DNA of 64,000 nucleotides from Alphaproteobacteria bacterium (GTDB lineage: Bacteria; Pseudomonadota; Alphaproteobacteria; RF32; CAG-239). Positions within the stretch are counted from its first letter, which is position 1. Each line of letters begins with the position of its first letter. The position numbers were made by a program, and so were the translations under genes. This document shows, piece after piece, positions 8,072-16,904 of this stretch. Location: NCBI GenBank assembly GCA_017961285.1, contig JAGCXO010000018.1, positions 874-64,873 on the forward strand, in the 5' to 3' direction. Below the pieces are notes generated by a model. That model ran no database searches and had not been told where the DNA came from. It saw nothing but the letters and a program-made list of their open reading frames with translations.

Positions 8072-9881
8072 TCTCCTCCAGAATCAAAGCTTCTTTCAAC
8101 AATTTTGAAGCGATTGGGGCTGCCACGCTTGAACCTCCTCCGCCATGTTCCACCAAAACCGCGACTGCATATTTTGGATTATCTTGCGGAGCAAATCCCA
8201 CAAAAAGCGCATGATTGCGATATTTCCAAGGCAAATCTTCCTGCCTTACAATCCCTGTTTGCCGCTCTTTCATTGAAATTCTGCGCACTTGTGTGGTTCC
8301 GGTTTTTCCACACATTTTCTTCCCGTTATAATCAAATCTCGACATAAAAGCGGTTCCTCCCGGACGATTAACCACAGCGCACATTCCCTCTTTTACCAAA
8401 TCCATATAGCGAGAATTTATCTTCATATCAGCAAATTTAAGTTTTTTACTGTCATCAATTTTCAACAACGTCGGCTCAACCATTTTTCCGCCATTTGCAA
8501 TTCTTGCCGTCATAACCGCGAGCTGAATAGGTGTTGTCAAAACATATCCCTGGCCGATACCTGCAATCAAGGTTTCACCCCCTTGCCAAGATGCACCATA
8601 TTTTGCCATTTTCCAAGCCCTGTCAGGAATAATTCCCGACTTTTCATCATCAAAATGCAAAGCTGTCTGGCTTCCCAAACCAAAACGTCTGGCCATTGCC
8701 GCAATTTTATCAATACCGACCTTTTGCGCCGTTTCATAAAAGAATATATCACAAGAATGTTGCAAAGCTTCAACCACATTCAAAGGACCATGTCCCTGCT
8801 TTTTCCAACAGTGGAACAAATGATTACCTAATTCCATTTTCCCACTGCATCCAAAACGCGTTTCCGGAGTGATAACACCGGCCTCCAAAGCCGCCAAAGC
8901 AACCATCATCTTAAAAGTAGAGCCCGGAGAATATAAACCCGCAATCGGTTTATTTATCAACGGCTGTTTTTCATCAAACAAAAGTTGATTATAAGTTGCC
9001 TGATTAACTCCCAAAACAAAATCATTTGAATCATACGAAGGCATAGAAATAAAAGTCAATATCTCACCGGTATTAACATCCATCAGCACCGCGGCACCGC
9101 TTTGCTCTTCAAACAACTCATATGCCTTTTGTTGCAAACGAGCATCAATCGCCAATTGTAAATTTTTCCCTGGCTTGCCGTCAACTCTCTCAATTTCCTT
9201 CATAATTCTGCCGACGGCATTAACCTCCAGCTTCAGATTTCCTCCCTTACCTCTCAACTTTTTCTCAAATCTTTTTTCAAAACCGATTCTTCCGATCTTA
9301 AAATCCGGCGTCATCAATAACGGATCATTATCATTTTGCAAATCTTGTTCAGAAACCGCCGCCACATAACCCAACAAATGTGCCATTTGCTTCCCGAAAG
9401 GATAATTTCTGCTCAAACCGTCATCAACAACTACCCCGGGCATTTCAGACGTTGCCAACAAAATTCTCGAAACATCTTCCCAAGACAAACCGTCTTTAAG
9501 CTTAATCGGCACAAAACGACGATATTTTTTCAAATCACGCTGTATCCGATTCTGTTCCGTTTCCGTCAGTGGCATAATTTTCTTAAATCTGTTCAGTGTA
9601 TCCTGCACATTTGTCGCCTGTTCCGCAACAATCATAGCCTGAAAATTTTGTTTATTACCGGCCAAAACATATCCGTTTCTATCAAAAACAACGCCTCTCG
9701 GCGGCACCAAAATACGCGCGGAAATTCTGTTTTCATCAGACATCGTTTTATATTTATCGGCTTCAAAAACCTGCAAAAAATATAATCGAGCAACAATAAC
9801 AACAAACAGCAACAACTGGATAACACACCAAGCTATTGTCCTGTATATCAAAACTTTTCCTTTGCTGTTATCGCGATTCAT
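8064..9881 (-). CDS. mrdA: Penicillin-binding protein 2 (elongasome transpeptidase)
   Basis: 605 aa with an N-terminal anchor and transpeptidase motifs SxxK (PGSTFK), SCD and KTGT. Confidence 0.9.
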   Translation of the reverse strand: MNRDNSKGKVLIYRTIAWCVIQLLLFVVIVARLYFLQVFEADKYKTMSDENRISARILVPPRGVVFDRNGYVLAGNKQNFQAMIVAEQATNVQDTLNRFKKIMPLTETEQNRIQRDLKKYRRFVPIKLKDGLSWEDVSRILLATSEMPGVVVDDGLSRNYPFGKQMAHLLGYVAAVSEQDLQNDNDPLLMTPDFKIGRIGFEKRFEKKLRGKGGNLKLEVNAVGRIMKEIERVDGKPGKNLQLAIDARLQQKAYELFEEQSGAAVLMDVNTGEILTFISMPSYDSNDFVLGVNQATYNQLLFDEKQPLINKPIAGLYSPGSTFKMMVALAALEAGVITPETRFGCSGKMELGNHLFHCWKKQGHGPLNVVEALQHSCDIFFYETAQKVGIDKIAAMARRFGLGSQTALHFDDEKSGIIPDRAWKMAKYGASWQGGETLIAGIGQGYVLTTPIQLAVMTARIANGGKMVEPTLLKIDDSKKLKFADMKINSRYMDLVKEGMCAVVNRPGGTAFMSRFDYNGKKMCGKTGTTQVRRISMKERQTGIVRQEDLPWKYRNHALFVGFAPQDNPKYAVAVLVEHGGGGSSVAAPIASKLLKEALILEESE

Positions 9882-10408
9882 ATATCATCATCCTGCAAAA
9901 AAACATTCATAACCCAAGCATTAACTCCGGCAACAAGCGGATATAGAGCCACACTGATAAAATATGAAAACAAAAAGCTCTTAAACGGCAAAAATTGAGT
10001 ATAATATAAAGAAGACATAAACCATCCGACAAACATCAATCCCGCCAACAACAAAGAAAATCCTACCCACAATATTTCAAAATTTTTCTCTGTTATATAT
10101 TTAGAAACATTAATAACCGTTACATACATTATCAAATATAACAACGTATAAATACCGAACGGAGCTATCGATAAAATATCAAAAAACATTCCCAAAACAA
10201 AAACCGAAAACACCCCGAACAAATCCGATCTGTACATTGTCCAAAAATAAACACACATAAGCCCTATCATCGGTCTCGCGACAAGGTTCAAATCAGACCT
10301 GAGAGGGATAAGCGAAAGTATCATCCACAGCAACGAAAACAAAAGAGGCAAACTCTTAACTATCCAACCAGAAACAATTTCTTTCCAATTTTCCTGCATA
10401 CAGCTCAC
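9878..10408 (-). CDS. mreD: Rod shape-determining protein MreD
   Basis: 176 aa polytopic membrane protein. Sits between mreC and mrdA with 4-nt overlaps on both sides. Confidence 0.7.
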   Translation of the reverse strand: MSCMQENWKEIVSGWIVKSLPLLFSLLWMILSLIPLRSDLNLVARPMIGLMCVYFWTMYRSDLFGVFSVFVLGMFFDILSIAPFGIYTLLYLIMYVTVINVSKYITEKNFEILWVGFSLLLAGLMFVGWFMSSLYYTQFLPFKSFLFSYFISVALYPLVAGVNAWVMNVFLQDDDI

Positions 10409-11331
10409 TCCTCACCAAAAACATCTGCTGGATCAGGCAAACCATAATTTACAATCATCACATACTCAAGTCTGGAAAGATCATGCGCCGGCATAACTGT
10501 TACAACCCCCTTCTCAACACTCGAAACTTTTCCTACCGGCAAACCGACAGGAAAAACGCCCCCGATTCCGGACGTAACAATTTTATCACCGACTTTCACA
10601 TCTGCACCTAAAGGCAAAAATTTTAACTCCGGCAAAATATCATTTTTGCCCACCAACATTCCTCTCACTCTCGTATTCTCTGCCATAACCGAGATCTTCG
10701 AGTTAATATTATTTAAAAGAGCAATTTTAGCATATCTTTTGCCCACGGCTTCCACTCTGCCGATAACACCCTTATCGCTCAGAGCTACTTGCCCTTTATT
10801 AACTTTACCATAATCACCCAAATACACCGTAAGCGAATATGCAAAAGGAGTTCCCTCTTGTGAAACAACTTTTGCCGTAACAAATTCTGCCTCAGGCAAA
10901 CCGATATAATTTAACATATCGGCCAGCAATTTATTTTCTATTGCCAAAGCTTTATTTTGAGCATTTGCAATAATCAAGTTTCTGTTTTCCTCGCGCAGCT
11001 CTTGGTTTTCTCTATCAATTTTTTGCAAACTGCGCAAATAATCATATAAATCCAAAACTGTCGTCGCCGGCAAAACCAAAACCTTTGTAATCGGAGTAAC
11101 AATTTCCTCAACGGTAACCGACGTTTTTTCAATCAAAGCATTATCTGTCTTATTTAAAAGCATCAGCGCAAAAACCACCATAAAAAGCAAAGCTATTGCC
11201 GACTTTTTTATTGTTCTGCGCAAATGGCTCAAATGCAAAAAAATTACTCTGCGTCTCTTAACCACAATCAAAATCCCCAGCGAAAAATTATTATATATTG
11301 CTAACACATAAATATTTGTATAGCAAAACAA
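10405..11331 (-). CDS. mreC: Rod shape-determining protein MreC (start uncertain)
   Basis: TM anchor, a coiled-coil (QELREENRNL..ALAIENKLL) and beta-rich C-terminal repeats (GVIGRV, TSGIGGVFPVGLPVGKV). The first ~25 codons of the tracked ORF look non-coding. Confidence 0.8.
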   Translation of the reverse strand: MFCYTNIYVLAIYNNFSLGILIVVKRRRVIFLHLSHLRRTIKKSAIALLFMVVFALMLLNKTDNALIEKTSVTVEEIVTPITKVLVLPATTVLDLYDYLRSLQKIDRENQELREENRNLIIANAQNKALAIENKLLADMLNYIGLPEAEFVTAKVVSQEGTPFAYSLTVYLGDYGKVNKGQVALSDKGVIGRVEAVGKRYAKIALLNNINSKISVMAENTRVRGMLVGKNDILPELKFLPLGADVKVGDKIVTSGIGGVFPVGLPVGKVSSVEKGVVTVMPAHDLSRLEYVMIVNYGLPDPADVFGEE

Positions 11332-11504
11332 TTTCCCTTGTTATAACAAAAAAAATAGCACAGAATAAATTTCAATTACAATTATTTTCACGCTTATGAT
11401 ATGGATTATTTTATTTTTAATCAGTAGCTATTTGCTAAAAAAACGAAGTAACCGGCCTTCTTCTTAAAAAGATTTTTCTTCACACCCGAAAGAAAAATCT
11501 TTTT

Positions 11505-12107
11505 TTATATCTCTTTTCGCGAATTCAGCGCCAACTGAATTGTTCCTTCATCCATATAATCCAATTCTGCACCCATCGGAATTCCTTGAGCCAAAGTGCT
11601 CACTTTTATTTCAAAATTCCTGAGCTTTGAAAGCAAATAATGCGACGTAATTTGTCCGTCAATTGTCGCCGGCAAAGCCAATATAATCTCTTTTACATCG
11701 CCCTTTTTCACCCGCTCAATCAAAGATTCGATATTCAAATCTTCCGGCGTAACTCCGTCTAATGCCGACAAAATACCTCCCAACACATGATACTTTCCTT
11801 TGTAAAAACCGGCTCTTTCCATTGCCCACAAATCAGCAACATCCTGCACAACGCATATTGTTTCGTTTTCTCTTTTTTCTGAAGCGCAAACCATACAAGG
11901 GGAAACTGTATCAAAATTTCCGCATATCTCACAGGTTTTAATATTATCCGACACATCTTGCAGCGCCGCAATCAAAGGAGTCATTATTGCATCTTTCTTT
12001 TTTATAAGCTGCAACACGATTCGTCTCGCTGACCTTGTTCCCAATGAAGGCAACTTGGAAATAATTTTTATCAATTTTTCAATATCTTGACCGGCCACTT
12101 CAATCAC
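11505..12107 (-). CDS. recR: Recombination protein RecR
   Basis: 200 aa. HhH motif (LPSLGTRSARR), C4 zinc finger (CEICGN..CMVC) and a Toprim region. Confidence 0.9.
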   Translation of the reverse strand: MIEVAGQDIEKLIKIISKLPSLGTRSARRIVLQLIKKKDAIMTPLIAALQDVSDNIKTCEICGNFDTVSPCMVCASEKRENETICVVQDVADLWAMERAGFYKGKYHVLGGILSALDGVTPEDLNIESLIERVKKGDVKEIILALPATIDGQITSHYLLSKLRNFEIKVSTLAQGIPMGAELDYMDEGTIQLALNSRKEI

Positions 12108-12110
12108 CCG

Positions 12111-12431
12111 CTAAAAAGGCAGCTTCATTCCGCCCAAATTCAGTCCGCCGGTAACATCCTGCAAACCTTCACTCATCAATTTTTCTGCCTTTGATTGGGC
12201 ATCATTATATGCCGCAACAATCAAATCTTCCAACATTTCAACATCGTCAGGCACCAATAAAGATTTATCGATCTCAACTTTTTTGGTAACAGATTTTCCT
12301 GTCATAAAAACCTTCACCATTCCGGCACCGCTTTCACCGACAATCTCTGTCTGCGCCAATTTTTCTTGCGCTTCTTGCATCTTTTTTTGCATCATCTGCG
12401 CCTGCTTCATAATTCCTTGAATATTCATCAT
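12111..12431 (-). CDS. ybaB: Nucleoid-associated protein YbaB/EbfC
   Basis: 106 aa starting MKQAQMMQKKMQEAQEKL. Conserved dnaX-ybaB-recR order. Confidence 0.9.
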   Translation of the reverse strand: MMNIQGIMKQAQMMQKKMQEAQEKLAQTEIVGESGAGMVKVFMTGKSVTKKVEIDKSLLVPDDVEMLEDLIVAAYNDAQSKAEKLMSEGLQDVTGGLNLGGMKLPF

Positions 12432-14110
12432 CAGTTAAAATCCTCATTATAAAAATCATTAACATCACTTTCTTCATCAGCATTATCTGACAAAACTTTT
12501 CTCACCAGAGTATCAATTTTTGCTCCTCTAAACTCTTGCAATATCGCCTTGACCAACGGATTATCAGCCACATTCTTTTGGTCGGCCTCTTTTTTTGCAT
12601 TTTCAATATTTGCAATACTATAAATCACTTCGCCCGGAACAATATCTAAAACCCATTTCTTTCCGCTGGCCTGCTCAAGCAAATTTCCCAATGTCATCAT
12701 AAAATCTTGTGAAACTCTGTCATTAGCCTTAAAACGCATAACCCCGTCAGCAAACTCGACAACTTCCACATCATTTTTCAAAACATGAGCAACTCTTGCC
12801 TGACGATTCTCTTCCAAAAAAGTCAAAAAATCGTTGACTTTATCAAAAACTCTCACTTCCTTAGTTCTCACAGGCTGAAAACCGGCAACAATTTCCGCCT
12901 TCTTGCTTTCAATAAAGGTCTTATCTTCTGCACCTAATTCAGATTTTTTTTTTACACTCTCGAGCAGCTCTGCCGGAGTTGGAAGATGAGCCGAATATGC
13001 AACTCTCACTAAAATCATTTCCAAAGCATCAATCGGTACCGGTGCGAACTGAATTTCACCCAAACCTTTTATCAACATTTGCCACATTCTCGAAAGCGTT
13101 GCCACATTAGTTTTTTCGGAAAATTCTTTCAGATATTTTCTGTCCGTCTCACTCAGTTTCTCGTCATTTATAAAAGCCGGCAACAACAAAACTTTGGTCA
13201 GCCGATGAGTAATATTTATCAAATCAGTCATTATGGCCGTCGGATTCGCGCCATTTTTATAAACCTCTTGCAACTTTACAATAAGCTCGTTCATATTGCC
13301 GTTCAAAAGCAAATCAAAAATTTCAAAAGCCTGCCCCTTGTCAGCCATACCGAGCATTTCTTTGACAATATCAGCCCTAACTTTTCCGCCTCCGAGCGAA
13401 ATTGCCTGATCCAACAAAGACAGTCCATCGCGTGCCGAACCGTCAGCCGCAGTTGCAATCATATGCAAAGCATCTTCCTCTGCCTTAAGATTTTCTTGTT
13501 TAACAATCTTATTAAACAACTTCATCAAATCTTCAATTTGCAATCTCTGCAAATCAAATCTTTGGCATCTCGACAGCACCGTAACCGGAACTTTTCTGAT
13601 TTCTGTTGTCGCAAAAATAAATTTAACATGAGCAGGAGGCTCTTCCAATGTCTTCAAAAGCGCATTGAATGCACTTTTTGAAAGCATATGAACTTCGTCG
13701 ATAATATATATTTTATAGCGGCAATTTGTCGGTTTATAACGCACACCTTCCAATATATCCCTAATATCATCAACACCTGTTCTCGACGCCGCATCCAATT
13801 CCAAAACATCAATATTATAACCGCCGGCAATAGACTTACAATTTTCACAAATACCGCACGGATGAGTCGTAGGCTCACCTTTTCCGTCCGGCCCGATACA
13901 ATTCAGCGCCTTGGCAATCAGTCTTGCAGTTGTTGTTTTTCCCACACCGCGAATACCGGTCAAAATGTAAGCATGGTGCAGACGGTTTGACTTTATAGCA
14001 TTTGTAATAGTTTGCACCAAAGCATCCTGCCCCAGCAAATCCTCAAAATTTTGCGGGCGATACTTTCTGGCTAAAACCACATATTGTTCTTGTTTATCTT
14101 CTTCTGCCAT
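12431..14110 (-). CDS. dnaX: DNA polymerase III subunit tau (DnaX)
   Basis: 559 aa. Walker A GIRGVGKTT, zinc module CGICENC, DEVHML and the SRC motif (LSRCQRF). Confidence 0.9.
   Translation of the reverse strand: MAEEDKQEQYVVLARKYRPQNFEDLLGQDALVQTITNAIKSNRLHHAYILTGIRGVGKTTTARLIAKALNCIGPDGKGEPTTHPCGICENCKSIAGGYNIDVLELDAASRTGVDDIRDILEGVRYKPTNCRYKIYIIDEVHMLSKSAFNALLKTLEEPPAHVKFIFATTEIRKVPVTVLSRCQRFDLQRLQIEDLMKLFNKIVKQENLKAEEDALHMIATAADGSARDGLSLLDQAISLGGGKVRADIVKEMLGMADKGQAFEIFDLLLNGNMNELIVKLQEVYKNGANPTAIMTDLINITHRLTKVLLLPAFINDEKLSETDRKYLKEFSEKTNVATLSRMWQMLIKGLGEIQFAPVPIDALEMILVRVAYSAHLPTPAELLESVKKKSELGAEDKTFIESKKAEIVAGFQPVRTKEVRVFDKVNDFLTFLEENRQARVAHVLKNDVEVVEFADGVMRFKANDRVSQDFMMTLGNLLEQASGKKWVLDIVPGEVIYSIANIENAKKEADQKNVADNPLVKAILQEFRGAKIDTLVRKVLSDNADEESDVNDFYNEDFN
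12944..12953 (-). other. A10 homopolymer inside dnaX (candidate tau/gamma slippage site)
   Basis: The coding strand reads GTA AAA AAA AAA TCT GAA at codons 386-391. The -1 frame reads ATC TGA immediately after the run. Confidence 0.5.
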
Positions 14111-14130
14111 ATCTCATCAACTTTTTTCAA

Positions 14131-14220
14131 GGCGGAGAAACATCGACCTCATCCTAAATCGTTACGGCTGCTTTCTTCCGAACCTGACCGGGTTGGCGCA
14201 AGCATGACCCGATGCTCTCC
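14131..14220 (-). ncRNA. ffs: Signal recognition particle RNA (small 4.5S-type SRP RNA)
   Basis: The minus strand contains CCCGGTCAGGTTCGGAAGAAAGCAGCCGTAACG, which matches the universally conserved domain IV core (GGUCAGGUCCGGAAGGAAGCAGCC). The terminal helix pairs GGAGAGCATCG with CGATGTTTCTCC. Lies 20 nt upstream of dnaX, a common arrangement. Confidence 0.75.
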
Positions 14221-14292
14221 AATAAAAACAAATATATATGCGCAGATTTTCAACTTAAATTCAAGCAAAAAATCTGCTCTATCCTCTATCAA

Positions 14293-15579
14293 TCAAAAAT
14301 TTCCCATCATCTGGGTTCTGAATTGCTCTTCATCCTTCCCGTATATTATCGGCATATCGGCATATAAAAAAGACAAAGATCCATCATTCAACATCGCCGA
14401 ATCCGTAAAACTATGCTCAGCCGCATCAGCCACAACATCACCCTTAGAAGTAATTTTCATCACATCCAAACTATGTTTATTTTTCCCGTTTGCAAAAATC
14501 TTAAATGCTCCGTTAATTCCCGAAAAACCGCTTGGATTTGTGATAGCATCATTCAAATTATAAGCATTCTTTTTTGCCAAAGAAGAAGCCAGCGCAACAG
14601 CATCATATCCAAAAGCCGCCAAAGCAGAAGGATAAACCCCGAACAAAGAATGATATTTCTTATTAAAATATGCGCTATAATTTCGTGACAAAGCCGGATA
14701 GACCGCTCCTTGCAAAGTTGTCTCTTTGCTCAAATTTGTATTTTCCCAAACCGAAGTTCCCATAAACAAAACCTCCGGCGAAAACACGTCATAATAACCA
14801 AACATCGCAGTCGCCGACTTCAATCTGCTTCCCGATTCCGGAATAAGCACGGCATCAAAATCAACTCGCCGATTCTTTTCTATTCCGCCATAAACATTAC
14901 CTGAACCATAATCGGTCAGTTTTTTTACTATATCAGAAAAATCATTTGTATCCGGAGGATAAAAAGCAATTTTCACAACCTTGCCGCCGTTATTATTGAC
15001 CGCCTTAATAGCCTCTCTCGCAACAACAATCCCCGTAGAATTGTCCGGCAACAACAAGGCAAACCTTTCTCTTCCCTTCATAGAAGCATAGTTCACAATC
15101 CGCTCAACCTGCTCGCCGACCAACAGCCCCAAAGTATATACTTGGTCTTGCAAAACAGTTTCATTGGTCGAAAAAGCAACCACCGGCACACCGCTGTTTC
15201 TCGTTCTCTTTGATACAGCCTCAACCTCTGTTGCCATCAACGGCCCGATAATAAGTTTTACATCTTGGCTTATAGCTGCATCCGCCGCATCTCTTGCCCC
15301 TTCAGGGGTGCCTTTTGTATCATAAAATTGCAAAATAAGATTAGGATTATTCATATCTTCCAAAGCCAGCATAGCTGCATTTTTCAAACCATTACCGACA
15401 GAAGCGGCATCACCGCTCAAAGGAAGCAAAACACCAACTCTAAAACTTTCTTTGGTGATCAACTCCGATTCTTCAATCGGCGAACTGCTCTTAAAAAAAA
15501 TTTTTTTCTGTTTAACCACCGGGGTTTGACACGATGACAAAACAAAAACAAGCAACAAAATACAAAATCTTTTAAACAC
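14293..15579 (-). CDS. Lipoprotein with a type-1 periplasmic-binding fold, LpoA/LppC-like (putative PBP activator)
   Basis: Lipobox VLSSC. Leu/Ile/Val-binding-protein-like fold signatures. Divergent from rsmI-yraN, as lpoA is in E. coli. Confidence 0.6.
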   Translation of the reverse strand: MFKRFCILLLVFVLSSCQTPVVKQKKIFFKSSSPIEESELITKESFRVGVLLPLSGDAASVGNGLKNAAMLALEDMNNPNLILQFYDTKGTPEGARDAADAAISQDVKLIIGPLMATEVEAVSKRTRNSGVPVVAFSTNETVLQDQVYTLGLLVGEQVERIVNYASMKGRERFALLLPDNSTGIVVAREAIKAVNNNGGKVVKIAFYPPDTNDFSDIVKKLTDYGSGNVYGGIEKNRRVDFDAVLIPESGSRLKSATAMFGYYDVFSPEVLFMGTSVWENTNLSKETTLQGAVYPALSRNYSAYFNKKYHSLFGVYPSALAAFGYDAVALASSLAKKNAYNLNDAITNPSGFSGINGAFKIFANGKNKHSLDVMKITSKGDVVADAAEHSFTDSAMLNDGSLSFLYADMPIIYGKDEEQFRTQMMGNF

Positions 15580-15653
15580 TTGATTTTTATCCCAAAATGT
15601 AAAACAATGCCCAAAGGATAGTTAAAAAAATAGTTAATGTAAAGCAAAGAAAA

Positions 15654-16490
15654 ATGAGCGGTTTATATGTTGTAGCAACCCCTATCGGCAATATAAGCGA
15701 TATAACGGAAAGAGCAAAATTAGTTCTGCAAAAAGCAGACATAATTGCCTGCGAAGATACCAGAGTAACAAAAAAATTACTCACTCTCTTAAACATAAAT
15801 TTTTCGCAAAAAAAATTTATAACTTTTCACGACCATAACGAACAGCAGAAAGTGCAGGAAATTATTAAACTTTTACAAGAAGGAAATCACACTATTGCCC
15901 AGGTCAGCGATGCCGGCTCTCCTTTGATTTCAGACCCCGGATACAAACTGATTCGCACTTGTCATGAACAAAATCTTCCATTCAGCGTAATCCCCGGTTG
16001 TTGTGCTCTTATATGCGCTTTACAACTTTCCGGATTGCCATCAAATCGTTTTATGTTTGCCGGTTTTATCCCAAACAAAGATAAAGCTCGTCTGGATTTA
16101 TTTAATGAACTGAAAAACATCGATACCACACTGATTTTTTACGAAACATCACCGCGTTTATTGAAAACACTTCAAGCTGCATCACAAGTTTTTGGCAATC
16201 GAGAATTTTCCGTTGCTCGCGAAATTTCTAAAATTTATGAAGAATGCAAAACCGGACTTCCTTCAGAACTCATCGACTATTATACCGAAAATCCTCCCAA
16301 AGGAGAAATTGTTTTTATGATTGCACCACCCGACAAAAACGAGGTTTGTGCAATAGATTTAAACAAAATTCTAAAACAAAAAATGCAAAATTATCCCCTA
16401 AAAACAGCAGTTTCTCAAGTTGTGTCAGAGTATAATCTCAACAAAAACGAGGTATATCGCTTGGCGATAAAAATCAAAGATGAATCATAA
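15654..16490 (+). CDS. rsmI: 16S rRNA (cytidine1402-2'-O)-methyltransferase RsmI
   Basis: 278 aa. N-terminus LYVVATPIGNISDIT and CEDTRVT, a tetrapyrrole-methylase-like fold. Confidence 0.9.
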   Translation: MSGLYVVATPIGNISDITERAKLVLQKADIIACEDTRVTKKLLTLLNINFSQKKFITFHDHNEQQKVQEIIKLLQEGNHTIAQVSDAGSPLISDPGYKLIRTCHEQNLPFSVIPGCCALICALQLSGLPSNRFMFAGFIPNKDKARLDLFNELKNIDTTLIFYETSPRLLKTLQAASQVFGNREFSVAREISKIYEECKTGLPSELIDYYTENPPKGEIVFMIAPPDKNEVCAIDLNKILKQKMQNYPLKTAVSQVVSEYNLNKNEVYRLAIKIKDES

Positions 16491-16839
16491 CAAAAGCGGA
16501 AAATTGGCAGAAATTGCCGCCACGGCATATTTCCTCTTACACGGGTACTCTGTTGTAAAACACAATTACATAACCGGCAGAGGCACCGGAGCAGGAGAGA
16601 TTGACCTCATTGTCAAAAAGAAAAACTTACTCGTTTTTGTTGAAGTCAAAAAAAGGCAAAGTCTTGAAAAAGCCGCCTATGCCATTTTGCCGGCTCAACA
16701 GCAACGTATTTGGAAGGCCGCAGAAAATTTTATTCAAAACCATCCTGAATTTGCCGAATTTGATATTCGCTTTGATGCCTTTTTATACTGTTCGGCCTTT
16801 TGTTTTGAGCACATAAGCGACGCTTGGCGCTCTTGGTAA
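16480..16839 (+). CDS. yraN: YraN-family (UPF0102) endonuclease-like protein
   Basis: 119 aa. GEIDLIV..LVFVEVKKR motif. Follows rsmI with an overlap. Confidence 0.8.
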   Translation: MNHNKSGKLAEIAATAYFLLHGYSVVKHNYITGRGTGAGEIDLIVKKKNLLVFVEVKKRQSLEKAAYAILPAQQQRIWKAAENFIQNHPEFAEFDIRFDAFLYCSAFCFEHISDAWRSW

Positions 16840-16904
16840 AACTGCACAAAAATACTTGGCTAATCCGCAAACATATACTATATTATCGCCCAGGAGTATT
16901 TTCT

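Noticed and set aside
12590-12596. A second homopolymer (A7 on the coding strand) in dnaX, considered as a frameshift site.
   Set aside because: It lies about 50 codons from the C-terminus, so a shifted product would be almost full length. It is not comparable to a gamma-type truncation.
14084-14563. A 159-aa plus-strand ORF spanning the dnaX upstream region.
   Set aside because: It overlaps the SRP RNA gene and the 3' end of the LpoA-like gene on the opposite strand. Its composition looks non-coding.
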